Under the pieces are notes generated by a model. It had not been told where the DNA came from. It searched no databases and saw only the letters and a list, made by a program, of their open reading frames with translations. A stretch of 64,000 nucleotides of DNA. It comes from Octopus vulgaris. Lineage: Eukaryota. Location of the stretch: contig OX597823.1 of assembly GCA_951406725.2 (NCBI GenBank), positions 72,106,001 through 72,170,000 of the forward strand, written 5' to 3'. This document shows, piece by piece, positions 13,010 to 26,285 of the stretch. Made by a program: the position numbers and the translations under genes. Positions within the stretch are counted from its first letter, which is position 1. Every line of letters starts with the position of its first letter.

Positions 13010-14300
13010 AGCCTCTAGATTTTGTTAAGCTATTATCCATGATCAGTGACCATGAGATCAAAATCCTGAAAAACACTAAGAAATCAGTCTTACTCTCGAT
13101 TATATATACCGGGCGAATGGTGGCACACAATTCAACCTATCCACTTGGATAGGTTGAATGGGAGTGGTGGTGTTGACTTCATGGGGCAGTTCATCCTGGA
13201 TAATCTCAGCAAATATACACAAACTCACAGTTCGGTACTATACAAGGACTATGGCCTGGCCATATATAACGATATGGGCGGTTATACACTGGACGAGTCC
13301 AGACTATTTGTTATGAACAATTTTAAAGTGTTTTGTCTATCCACTACTTTCACCACCAACTTAACAATATTTCACTTCTTGGATTCTACTCTGGACCTCG
13401 AAACGGAGAAATATTACCCCTGCAAAAGAAAAAACAAACACAAAAAAAAGAAACATTGAACAAGGAAACTGTTTACGTTCACAAACGACTATCCTCCTGT
13501 TGTTATCAGAAACTTGGTCACAGGTATCAGCAGAAAAAATTACTAACTTACCATCGCATAAAGAGATGTTTAAGAGGGTACCACCTGATTATAAGAGGTT
13601 CTAGTAGAATTGCTTTTGTGTACATGGAGAACCTGCAACTACTTCTCCAAACCTAAGAAATTTACGAAAAGATAATTTCATATAAGCTTCTACTATAGCT
13701 AGAACCTTCCTAATTTTAATTAAGCAATTTTCCAGGAAATCCATTGATATAAAGCTTTTCACATAATATTAAGATCAGTTATTCGTGTTTACATAATATC
13801 ACTTCCAGCGTTGAACAAACAAGCATCCACACAATGTCCATTCCACACTCCCACATGCAACTTTCGCAATCTATACAGATGTCCACTGGGAGGGATTTGC
13901 CTAACGAAAGCCGTAGTTTATAGAGAACCTTCATACTAACCGATGGTATTGCGCGCTATTAAATGGTCATAATGGCCAATAACTCTAAGGTCACATACTC
14001 TCTTCATATGTACTTCTTCAGAAGGAAGGAGAAGAACAGCTAGTCCTGATTCATCTTGAGAATCAAGACCACAGTTACACCTAAACTGACATCCAATGGA
14101 TTATAGATGTCATATGACATGATCTCGCCTTACACACGCAGTGCTCGAAAGTGCCAACTATGCCTCCGAGAAAAACTGCGCATACTTCAACAGCCTACAA
14201 TAACCATTAACATAGAGAAGGGTATTTTATATTGCTGTCATTGGAGATAAGCGCTTTTGGCATATTTCAAGTCATTGACCTTCGACAATCTCGATATACA
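13010..14300 (+). pseudogene. Decayed Penelope-like retroelement (RT C-terminal half + GIY-YIG region), Naiad/Neptune-like
   Basis: Broken-frame motifs VLYKDYGL (cf. GLYRDDGL), HFLDSTLDLETEKYYP, VYVHK, IKISYSC, CNFRNLYRCPLGGICLTKAVVYR (13856-13924), KCQLCLREKLRI; ends next to (TG)n. Confidence 0.8.
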
Positions 14301-14319
14301 AAAACTGTGTGTTTGTGCA

Positions 14320-14425
<106 letters not shown>

Positions 14426-14427
14426 TG

Positions 14428-14506
14428 TAGGAAATTAAAAGCTATGGTCGGTCATAGAGTAACCATTGGTTTCACAGTATGACCGACCATAACTTTTAAC
14501 TTCCTA
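14428..14506. repeat. 79-bp hairpin / micro-MITE
   Basis: 29-bp arms (27/29) TAGGAAATTAAAAGCTATGGTCGGTCATA / TATGACCGACCATAACTTTTAACTTCCTA; TA at both ends. Confidence 0.8.
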
Positions 14507-14529
14507 AAATATATGTTACTACCCTAATG

Positions 14530-14755
14530 CAGTGATTCCCAACGTGGGGCATACGCTCCAACAGTGGGGCCTAAGGAAAATTGTAGTGGAGCGTGGGATT
14601 CATTTTTTTAAATTTTTAGTAGGTCATGGAGTTGTGGAAATCTTTTTTTCACAGCAGATATACTATACCTCTACATTTTTTTCAACCACCGATATGGCAA
14701 ACATTTTTCTGGAATGTTATAGTGCTGCTTGGGGGAAATAGGTTGGGAAATACTG
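14530..14755. mobile_element. hAT-type MITE
   Basis: TIRs CAGTGATTCCCAAC / GTTGGGAAATACTG; 8-bp TSD not convincingly retained. Confidence 0.6.
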
Positions 14756-14871
14756 CTTCAGAGTGTTATTTTCCTTTGGATTTATGAACTACTGACGATA
14801 TATATATGTGTGTGTGCGCGTATGTGCATCTATTAGTTTAAAATCGGTAACGCGACAAGAATCTTTTATCA

Positions 14872-15214
14872 ATTTTCACTTGCTTTAGTCATTGCACACC
14901 AACTGTACTGGGACACCTGAATGGTTTAGTCGAGCAAATGGGAACAATACTTAATTTTTAAAGTCTGGTATTTATTCTATCGGTTTCTTTAGCCAAACTG
15001 CAAAGTTACAAGAACTTAAGCAACCTAACACCCGTCATTCAGTGTTTGCAAACACAAAAGGATATACAGATTTTCATATACAGAATGGGATTTCATAGAT
15101 TTTCCGTCAACCAAATTCATTATAAACGTATTAGCCAGGCCGCGATGAGAGACCGAAATCGAAACCCTGTGATTGCATAAAGAGCTTCTTTGCTATGCAG
15201 CTATGCCTGCACCT
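14872..15214 (-). mobile_element. Family A SINE, degenerate
   Basis: Colinear similarity to the reverse complement of 4847-5249 (ttttagtcatt...tattctatcggtttct...ttccgtcaaccaaattca...cctgcacct). Confidence 0.65.
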
Positions 15215-15221
15215 AAAAGAG

Positions 15222-15241
15222 AAAAAAAAAAATAAATAAAA
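15222..15241 (-). terminator. Pol III terminator (T runs) of tRNA-Gly
   Basis: TTTT about 9 nt after the discriminator base, followed by T11 on the minus strand. Confidence 0.75.
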
Positions 15242-15249
15242 CCATAATT

Positions 15250-15320
15250 TGCATCGGCCGGGAATCGAACCCGGGCCGCCCGCGTGGCAGGCGAGCATTC
15301 TACCACTGAACCACCGATGC
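15250..15320 (-). tRNA. tRNA-Gly (anticodon GCC)
   Basis: GCATCGGTGGTTCAGTGGTAGAATGCTCGCCTGCCACGCGGGCGGCCCGGGTTCGATTCCCGGCCGATGCA: canonical 71-nt cloverleaf, perfect acceptor stem, A and B boxes, TA-rich sequence about 25-45 nt upstream. Confidence 0.98.
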
Positions 15321-15854
15321 AATTGCTTCTGTTGCAGGCCTAAAATATATATAAATATATAATAATATACAAGCTAAGAGTTTTCTGCTCGCTCTTCACA
15401 GAAAGATATCAGTATTCTAATCTATTGAAATACTGAAATATATTGATCCTACTCTGTTCTGTTAACGTTTATCATAAACAGGCCCTTCCTCTATATTTAC
15501 GTGCATTGGCTGGAATTATCTAAAGATTTCCTTATGATTGTGTTTATGATACCTGTATGCTTCCATTCACACACCTCTATTTAAAAGCGATCATTTTTCA
15601 TTTCCATTAATGGCTGAAATATTGGTGAAAGTAGAAATGGTAAATTCGAATTACCCGCATTTTTTTTTATATCTGTTACTTTAGAAACAGGTACAGGCGT
15701 TCCTTCATTCTAACTCGACAAAACCATAACCAGATCTTGGTTGATTCCGTGTCAACTCGACAATTCACTTCGGATATGTTCGTGACCTCCATGACAGTGT
15801 ACGTGTTCTGTTTTCATGTATTTATGTGGTGTGGAATATAGATATAACGAAATT

Positions 15855-16150
15855 AGTGGTTAGGGCAGCGGGCTCGCGGTCGGAGGATCGCGGTTTCGAT
15901 TTCCAGAACGGGCGTTGTGTGTGTTTATTGAGCGAAAACACCTAAAGCTCCACGATGCTCCAGTAGGGGTGGTGGCGACCCCTGTTGTAGTCTTTAGCCC
16001 CAACTTTTTCTCACTCTTTCTTCCTGTTTCTTGAGTAACGCTGCAATGGACTGGCGTCTCGTCCAGCTGGGAGAAACACATACGCCATATAAACCGGGAA
16101 ACCGGGCCCATAAGCCTGGTTAGGCTTGAAAAGGGCGCATAAATAATAAA
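15855..16150 (+). mobile_element. Family C-related tRNA-derived SINE
   Basis: agtggttagggcagc...ggtttcgatttcc head; 3' part (tggactggcgtc..gtccagctggg..aaccgggaaacc...gcctgg.taggct) is the reverse complement of 27130-27215. Confidence 0.75.
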
Positions 16151-17233
16151 TAAATCAATTACAAACTAGTGATCCCATCCCTGTATTTTATCAATTCCGG
16201 CAGTTCTTTTTAATAATAACCCTGCTAGATGGATATTTGATTGAATACTTCAAGTGGGTTGTCAATGCTATACTAAATCCTTTAAAATCTTAGATATAGT
16301 CCTGTAATGTCTTGTTTTCTGTGTTACAGATTCTGCAGTATATATTTGTATTTGTGGGGAGCCATTTATTGCTGGGATGGTCGTTTCAAGTGTGTTTTCT
16401 TTTGTAAAGTGCTATGTTTATTTTATATGGTACATCCTGTTGTGCCACTTTCAATGATATCTGGTTGTTCAGTCTTGTTTGTTATTTACAGTGTATATTA
16501 CATTTCAATTTTCGGGTTATTGCTCATTACAAATCTCCATACTTTTGCAAATGTATTCGCATTTATACACTTCCTTACTTTAACAGTCCTCGAAGGTGAT
16601 GCTTAATTTGAATGGGACACATTAATACACTGTTAATTAATCCAATTTTATGTTTTTATTTTGTCTATATTTTAGAGGTTAGTGGCGAAAAACGGGCCCT
16701 TTTGTTTGGAGATCATGCTTTGTAATATAACGGCTTTTGTATCCTCTTTTACATTATTTTCGTATCAAAAACATATTAATCACCCGCTGCGAAATGCATC
16801 ACACATTATAACTCACCCTGCCATGTTTTTACTTAAACATGGTCATTGTTGATTTGTTTATAAATAGCGTTGGACTACGAAAGATTTGTTTAGTTTGCTT
16901 TGGAATGTTTCATTTTTTTTACTCTTGTTCGTGTCCAAATGGACATTTCGCTCTTTACTTTACCTTGAAAGTTAACGTCCCTTCAGTTTTTTAATTTCAT
17001 TATGAGCTGAAATATTTTAAGAAATATATTTTGTGGGAAGTAATAAAATTTAACACGTAGTTGATCTGTTTTTAAATAGCATGGTTAGTATTGTATGTCT
17101 CATATGTTTTATATTTCTCAATTTGTTTTATGTTATTTAAACAATACATTTTCTGCATAACAAACATATATGAGTTATGTACCAGATATCAATCCTACTT
17201 ACTGGGATTGTTTCTTTGTGTTTGCATTCATAT

Positions 17234-17378
17234 AGGCGCAGGAGTGACTGTGTGGTAAGAAACTTGATTCCCAACCACATGGTTTCGGGTTTAGTCTCAC
17301 TGCGTCTTCTACTATAGCCTCGGGTCGATCAAAGTCTTGTGTGTGGATTTGACAGACGAAAATTGAAAGGAGCCCGTC

Positions 17379-17409
<31 letters not shown>

Positions 17410-17422
17410 TATACATATATAT

Positions 17423-17470
<48 letters not shown>

Positions 17471-17695
17471 ATATATATGTATATATGTATGTATTTGTGT
17501 GTCTATGTTTGTCCTCCATCAACTCTTGACAACCGATGTTGGTGTGATTACGTCTCCGTAACTTAGCAAAAGGGACCGATAGTATAAATACTGGGCTTTA
17601 CAAAGAATAAGTCCTGAGGTAGATTTGTTCGACTAAAGAAGGTGTTCCAGTATAGCCGCAGTCAAATGACTGAAACAAGTAAAAGACTAAAAGAA
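17234..17695 (+). mobile_element. Family A SINE
   Basis: Head, internal (TA)n and tail as in 4847-5249; short deletion in the CORE-like part. Confidence 0.85.
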
Positions 17696-17913
17696 TATGT
17701 TACTTTTAACTTTAATTTATCCAAAATGCTTCTTCATTCGTTTATGCAATCGTTTAAAATTACTTAAATATCTCTTTTGCGTGCATAATAATCACATGGA
17801 GATATACGATAGGTTTCTGTTGTGCAGTTCTAATCATTCAAACTATATTTACATTATTTACATTTGACGGATATTTGTCCTCATCTTGTTTGTTGTTAAC
17901 ACAACGTTTCGGC

Positions 17914-17995
17914 TGAACTCGGAATCTTGGTTAAGAACGCGGGCTTCTAATCCCAACATTCCTAGTTAGATTCCAGGCAGTGACCTGAATAGTAA
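17914..17995 (+). repeat. Left arm of ~81-bp inverted repeat; tRNA-like head followed by (TAA)n
   Basis: Reverse complement of 20955-21035 with about 6 mismatches; ggttaaga and gttagattcc resemble A/B boxes. Confidence 0.85.
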
Positions 17996-17997
17996 TG

Positions 17998-18080
<83 letters not shown>

Positions 18081-18081
<1 letters not shown>

Positions 18082-20837
18082 TATGTTTGACTTTTGCTTT
18101 ATATTTGTACAAGTTGGCTCCAAGTCTCACCCAGAGACCTCAAGAGACAACAGGGTTGGAAGTTCATGTTGTTGTTATGCCTAGTGTGCCATATATTTGG
18201 GGGGTGGGGATGTTGTACTAATGAATGTCTAAAAAAAAAAAGTTTTTTTTTTTTTTTTTTTTTTTTAAACCGAAAATTATGTTTGTTTTAAACCTTGAGA
18301 TTACATAGAGAGTATTTTGCGTAGGATATGAGCAGTTCCCATGAGCACTATCTTTTGAACTTCTGCCATTTTGGGGTTTCCTGGTATCTGAGTTAGGTAG
18401 CTATCAGCCCCTTTTGCTATCATTCCCAGGGCACCTATGACAACAGGTATTGTTTTAGTCTTCAGCTTCCACATTTTGCTGATTTCTATTTCAAGATCTT
18501 TATATTTGCTCAGTTTTTGGTAGGTCTTGACAGATACGTTTATATCGATTGGGACAGTCATATCAATGAGGAGGCATGTTCTTTGTTTGAAGTTTTTCAA
18601 TATGATGTCTGGCCTATTTGCATCTATCTTCCTGTCAGTTTGAATGGTGAAGTTCCAGAGGAGTGAGATGTGGTCATTTTCAAGCACTGGGGGTGGTTTG
18701 TGTTCCCACCAGTTTTTTTCATGGGGCAAATCCAGGTTTTTACAGATTACCCAGTGAATATATTGTGCAGCTCTATCGTGCCTGTTGAGATACTCTGTAG
18801 GCGCTAGAAGACTGCACTTGGAGACCACATGGTCAATGGTTTCATTTTGTTGCTTGCATACACGACACGTTGGACTGCTTCTGATCTTTAATATGTTGGC
18901 CTGGTAGTTTCTTGTTGGTAGGCATTGATCTTGAGCTGCTATGATAAACCCCTCTGTTTCAGATTTTAAGCCAGAGGCCATTAGCCATTGATGGGTCAGG
19001 GCTTTGTCGATATCTGCATTATTCGCTCTCTTTGGGTATTTGCCATAGAGAGGTTTTTCTTGCCATTTATTATTCAGAATATCTAAGGCCGCAGTTTTGG
19101 CACGGGTTTTCATGCGCCTAGCTTTTTCTGTGCTTGTTTCTTGTATATCTATCTCTAATTCCGAAATTGGTTGTATTCGGAGTTCACTTAGATATTCCTT
19201 TGCCTGTTTTGTGACTGAGTATGATGCTTTCTTGTTTTCATGTTTTGAGACAAGTTTTAGCATCCAGTCCTCAGAGTTTTTCAGGTAGGTGTCTAGGCCA
19301 ATTGTAGCAATCTTCATTGTTATTGCCAGTTGCAAAAGACCACGGCCTCCTCTTTTCTTGGCAGATAGAGTCGTTCTGTATCTGCCTTAGGGTGGTGCAT
19401 TCTATGCATTGTCAACAGTTTCCTTATTTTTCTGTCGAGCTGACATATTTCAGTAATTGACCAGTTAACAATATTGAAACTGTAAGTCACGACTGGTATA
19501 GCTAATGCATTGATTGCTTCGATCCTGTTTCTTGCATTCAGCTCTGTCTTGAGTATTGCTCTCACTCTTCGATAGCATTCTCTCCTGATCCTTTCCTTCA
19601 TCTCTGAATGCCTTATTCCGTTCCCTTCAATTATCCCTAGGTACTTGTAGCTCTCCGCTGGGTCTAGTTCTTTTATGACATTCTGTTGGTCAAGGTTAAC
19701 GTTAGATGTTTCTGTCATTTTTCCTTTGATAAAGGTAGCCTTTGCACATTTATCGAGGCCGAATTGCATTCTGATGTCGTCACTGAATTGTTTGACTATC
19801 GCTAGTAAGCCCTTGAGTTGTTGATCATTTTTTGCAAAAGCTTTAAATCATCCATGTAAACGAGATGATTTATATTTTTATCAAACATTTTATACCCGTA
19901 CTGCGCATCATTGAGCAGCTTTGAGAGAGGTATTAAGGATAAACAAAAGAGGAGTGGTGACAGTGAGTCACCCTGGAAAATGCCACACGAAATTTTTACA
20001 TCACCAGCATTTAGGGATTCACTGTCACTGTTCAGAGTTAGTGTGGTTCTCCATGATCTCATACTTACAGTCAAGAAGTTTCGCAGAGTTGGTGCTATCT
20101 TATACATTTCAAGGCATTCCCTAATCCAGCTATGTGGTAGGCTATCAAAAGCCTTTTTATAGTCTATCCAGGCTATTGATAAGTTTTTGTGTCGTTTGTG
20201 ACAATCTTCTAAGATCATCTTATTGATGAGTAGTTGGTCTTTACAGCCGTAGGATCCACGTTTACATCCTTTCTGTTCATTAGGGAATATGCTGCTGTCT
20301 GTTAAAAAACTATAGGTATATTCCGTCAGGACAGATGTTAGTGTTTTGTACATAGTTGTTAAGCAGGTTATGGGTCTATAGTTTTTTGGTTCATTTGTTT
20401 CTTCACTTTTTGGAAGCAGGAATGTTAACCCATTAACTAGCCAAGGAGGCATCCTACTAGGGTGTTGCAAAACATCATTGTACAGTTCTGTTAGCAGTTC
20501 ATGGCTCTCTGGGAAGGCATTCAGCCAGAAGTTAGGAATTTTATCCTTTCCTGGAGACTTCCATTTGCTTGACCTCCTGAGAGCAGATCTTATATCTTCT
20601 ACCTTGACACCCTCCCACTTTTGCTCTTCTAAGGGGTCCAGTTCTGTAGATATTCTGTCAATCCAGGGGGCCTTTTCGTTGTGTGTTTTTTCTTCTGCCC
20701 AGATTTTATTCCAAAATCTCTGCACTTCTTCTTTTGATGGTACAGACCCTGCAGTAAACGCTGTTTTTCCTATCTTCCTGTAAAAATTCTTGGTGTTATT
20801 TTTGAACATGTTGTTGTCCTTGAAAAATCTAACACGC
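18081..20837 (-). mobile_element. R4/Dong-clade non-LTR retrotransposon (restriction-like endonuclease type), 5'-truncated, in (TAA)n
   Basis: RT motifs NYRPITCL, WIDYKKAFDS, QGDSLSPLLF, YMDDLKL; CCHC CRVC..ETIDHVVSKC; RHD, RPDI, IDMTVP, K..KY endonuclease motifs; ~220-bp 3' UTR; (TAA)n at both ends. Confidence 0.93.
18301..20836 (-). CDS. RT/zinc-knuckle/RLE polyprotein, N-terminally truncated, two 1-bp frameshifts (~19837, ~19349)
   Basis: Three ORF-track segments (20809-19802, 19769-19320, 19335-18301) join into one ~845-codon stop-free frame if one base is restored at each short homopolymer (gives KLFAKNDQQL and RKEGGRGL). Confidence 0.85.
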
Positions 20838-20860
20838 TATTATTATTATTATTATTATTA

Positions 20861-20948
<88 letters not shown>

Positions 20949-20954
20949 TACTAC

Positions 20955-21035
20955 TACTATTCAGGTCACTGCCTGGAATCAAACTAAGAATGTTGGGATT
21001 AGTAGCCTGCGTTCTTAACAAAGATTTCGAGTTCA
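20955..21035 (-). repeat. Right arm of ~81-bp inverted repeat, preceded by (TTA)n at 20838-20954
   Basis: Reverse complement of 17914-17995. Confidence 0.85.
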
Positions 21036-21640
21036 ACTGTATTACTTAAACAATATATTTTCATGTATTAATCACAGTAAGGTATAAAATAAGAATCAGT
21101 TGTGCTTACAATTTAGCAAATATTTCTTCTTACCTAAAATTTTGATTTTGTTTTGTTCTGTTTTCCAAAATGCTCAATTGTTATGCGTTGATCATTATCT
21201 TAAAGGCAGGTCAGCGACCACAAAGGCAAAGGTTTCTTCTAGTCTTCCCCAATGTTTCTCACAGCCATTTTTGAAGTAACCTTAGTATGAGGAGAGCGTG
21301 CGGAGAAGGTTGTGGATACTCTAATTCCACCACGTAGGTACTTCTTTCCTCTCTATAGGAGTATGTAATATTGGAGAGGCAGACATGAGAGTGAAAAGTA
21401 AAACTCGCATAAATCTGTTGATGATTTCAACATTCAGACATCGGCCATCCGTATCACACCATTATTAGATTAAATGACAGAGAACGATATAGATTATCCA
21501 CAGATTCAGTAGTTGGTTACAGAAACCACAAATTACTGACATGCACAATCATTATGAAGAAGTCTAAAACCTTGATACTCGAAACTACATTGGTGTGTCC
21601 TACATTGAAAGATTCAATGATCAGATTAGCAAAACAGTTA

Positions 21641-22161
21641 CCGGAAATCCTCGAGTATAGTCCGCCCTTGAGTATAATACGCAGGGGATTTTTAGGGGGA
21701 TGCACCTCTGAAAAACCTAAACCTTGTGTATAATACGCACTCTTCTCTAACTTGAGTCGTGCGTAATTAAGCCACCAGCACCTAGTCGAACAAACACTTC
21801 TGCGCATGTGTAATACAATAATGGTGATGTTCTTAACTGTTATATGGGAATGTAAATATGTTTGCAAATTGTTTTTGTTACATGTTATTCTGTGTTCTGA
21901 ATACTTTTACTTTAATAAATGTTGCTTACTGCAAGTTATGGATGATTCTTTTATTACTTCATTGCTTTCAGGCTTAGCTTAAGGTATTTTCGCGCCCGAC
22001 ATCACAAAATGCGTCTGAATAAACATTGCCGGACAGCAAATAGAGACTTGGACATTGCTTAGAAAATATTTTTCATTTTTAACCTCGTATATAGTACACA
22101 CTAGGGATTTTGACCTTTAAATTTTGGGGAAAAAATGCGGATTATACTCGAGGATTTACGG
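21641..22161. mobile_element. pogo/Tigger-like (Tc1/mariner superfamily) MITE, 521 bp
   Basis: 25-bp TIRs CCG(G/T)AAATCCTCGAGTATA(G/A)TCCGC (23/25), TA TSD, subterminal GTATAATACGCA repeats. Confidence 0.85.
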
Positions 22162-23116
22162 TATGCGGAAATTGATGGTTGCAAGTATTACTAACAGATG
22201 ATAGTCTGACTATTTGGCGAAGAAAATAGTAATTAGCCTAAAATATGTCTTTCGATTGTATATAGTGGCTCTCTTGAAGTAAGTGTGAGCCTGAATATAA
22301 AGAATTTCAACTGATTAACGTAAATAGAAACAATAAAAGCTGAAGAAACAATTTATTGCCTTCGTAAGCAAATAGTAAATACAAACAATCTGCAAAGGAT
22401 AATAAGTTAGTTTCCTGCAAGGAAAAATACAACACTGTTATTTCTAACAATCAGTGCCCTTGATGGATTGTACAGTGATCCTAACTTTATGCTTAAAATC
22501 ATTGCATTATTGATATAAAAATCAAGATCATACGTGTGATCAAATCTATCGTCACAAATAATCTATATTTAGATTAATTGAATAATCGATTTAATTTCAC
22601 GGTCAATCATGTCACATTAGATGTTCAAAATATCTTATATCTGGGACCTTTACCTTCATGTTACCGTAACAATATCAAGACAATGAGAGTTCCCATACCT
22701 GGTTACTCGACCTGCCAGAAATAGTTCTCATATGTTCCTAACAACATACCACCGTTTTCAAAAGTGACTAGAGTCATTAATTACACTAGGGTTCCCTATA
22801 ATTCTACTCTACACAAAACAAAAAAAGTTGGTTAGTACTAGAATGCTTTTAACGTAAGTCTGTTGGATGATGATTGTTTTAAAGTTAATCATCTTCAATA
22901 GTAAAAATTTAGAATACATCTACATACAGGATATGTGTCAGAGTGGAAAAAGAATTCACAAATATGCTCCAATGGCTCGCGTAGAAAACCAAATTTCTCT
23001 CTCATCTTCGTCTCTTACCTCTTTAACCCTGTATCCTCCCTTGAAATATTCAACTGCATATCTTCTCTATGCAGGCTCATCGCACTTAATACAATTTATC
23101 CTCTTCGCGTCACCGC

Positions 23117-23240
23117 TAGAATAAGTACTAGGCTTACAAAGAACAAGTCCTGGCGTTGATTTGCTCGATGAATGGCGGTGCTCCAGCATGGCCACATTCA
23201 AAATTACTGAAACAAGTAAGAGAGTAAAAGACTAAAGAGT
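23117..23240 (+). mobile_element. Family A SINE 3' fragment
   Basis: tagaataagtactaggcttacaaag...ggcggtgctccagcatggcc...gtaaaagac. Confidence 0.8.
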
Positions 23241-23379
23241 ATGTCAAAATCGTCAAAGAGCAACATATGAATTTATGATGTAAAATCACGATATATTGTA
23301 CATTAGGCTTTCTATCGAAGTAGAATATTCGAGGATGCTCTGAAGGAAGAATACGTGATATACAGGACAGCTTTCAATC

Positions 23380-24290
23380 AATGTGCATCAACTTGCCTAT
23401 CAATATGGTTTTGTGCTGTAAAAAGGTTCTCGTGATCTCTCTCCATGGAAGTACTGTTGGCCAGTCATGAAGTTATAAATTTGCAGATAGATGACGTCTG
23501 TACACGGAAAGTTAAGGAGTGACAAGTGATATTTTCTGCAGAGGAGTGTTGTGAGAAGTAATCACGTCCATATCGGATTTTATGGAATGTGAGTCTGAGG
23601 GTGCTCTGTATGAACACTTTACGATGGTGCGATCTAGTAGAATATCGAATGAATAAGAGACAAGTGATGATATACAAATAACGTATCGAAGTAGATATCG
23701 GACAAGACTCTGTTGAGTGTTTTCTTGGTGTCATGCTTTAACCAGAGTTCTCAACAAGAAATGATCACTAATGTGGCACAGAAGAACTAGCCCTCAGCAA
23801 ATCTGGTTCACAAGGAAAAAAGAGTGGGAGGCTGAAGATGATGATAAAGTTGACTGATTTCAACTGTTAGCATTAACTTTAAATTGTCGAATGTGCGATA
23901 AAACATATAATGAGGGAACTGTGAATGATTGTGGTGTACGAATGCATATTTTGCTTCTCTAATAATAATGCTGCAGGCATTGTAAGGTAAATAACAGTCT
24001 TCCAGCTGTAATGTAAGCAGTTGTTTTTGCATATAATAATGTGAAACAAACAGAAACAAAGTAAGAGAACTGGGAAGAGAAAGATGCAAACAGAATCATT
24101 GTTGCTGCTACGGAAATCCAGGCGAGAGAAATGAGTGATAGAGCAGAATATATTGAAAGTACACTTGGACGTTTTCGGACAAGACAAAATGTGGTCAGAG
24201 GAAAAAAAAGATAAAATAGATATAAAGAAGGGTGAGAGATTTATGTCTCAGATATATGCTACAATGTTGAACTGAAGTCCACGTGTAGAT
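23380..24290 (+). pseudogene. Possible heavily decayed LINE RT fragment (RTE-like)
   Basis: Only weak motifs (QYGFV..KG near 23401, YDGA near 23621); many stops. Confidence 0.3.
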
Positions 24291-24774
24291 GATAATGTAT
24301 AACCCAGGCGTGTCGGTCATCATTGAAGAAAATTTCGTAGATTTACCGGGAGTAAATGCAATAAAAGCAACAGCAGCAGCAGCGACGTCGACAACAACAA
24401 CATCAACAACAACAAGAGTGGTATGAATTGGTTCATTATGACATGTTTTACAGATCGATAAAACTGAATGTTGGCACGCAGTTCATTTCATGACTATCAG
24501 GCTTTATTTATTTGAACGGGTAACGAGCATGATTGCCTCGGCCAATATGGCGATTTTCTAAGCGAAAGAGAGTTTTAACTATTACGTTGCATCTTCGTTG
24601 TTTTACTTCGGAAACATTTATTTTTGATGTCACATTATTGGCTTGCACCTAGTGAGACACCGGGGAGAAAATATACATAAATTCCATTGACAGCAACGTG
24701 TCAGCTATTTTCCATAAAAAAAGCCAGAATCATTTTATTTCATTACATCATTTTCAATGAAACTAATGGAATAA

Positions 24775-26285
<1,511 letters not shown>

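Noticed and set aside
15131-15322. 63-aa ORF MHRWFSGRMLACHAGGPGSIPGRC
   Set aside because: It is the tRNA-Gly gene read as codons.
19097-20783. Plus-strand ORFs overlapping the LINE
   Set aside because: Antisense shadows of the RT ORF.
17914-21035. DNA transposon or LTR element defined by the terminal repeats
   Set aside because: The enclosed ORF is a non-LTR RT/RLE protein; no transposase or integrase, repeats are inverted rather than direct, and no outer TSD is seen.
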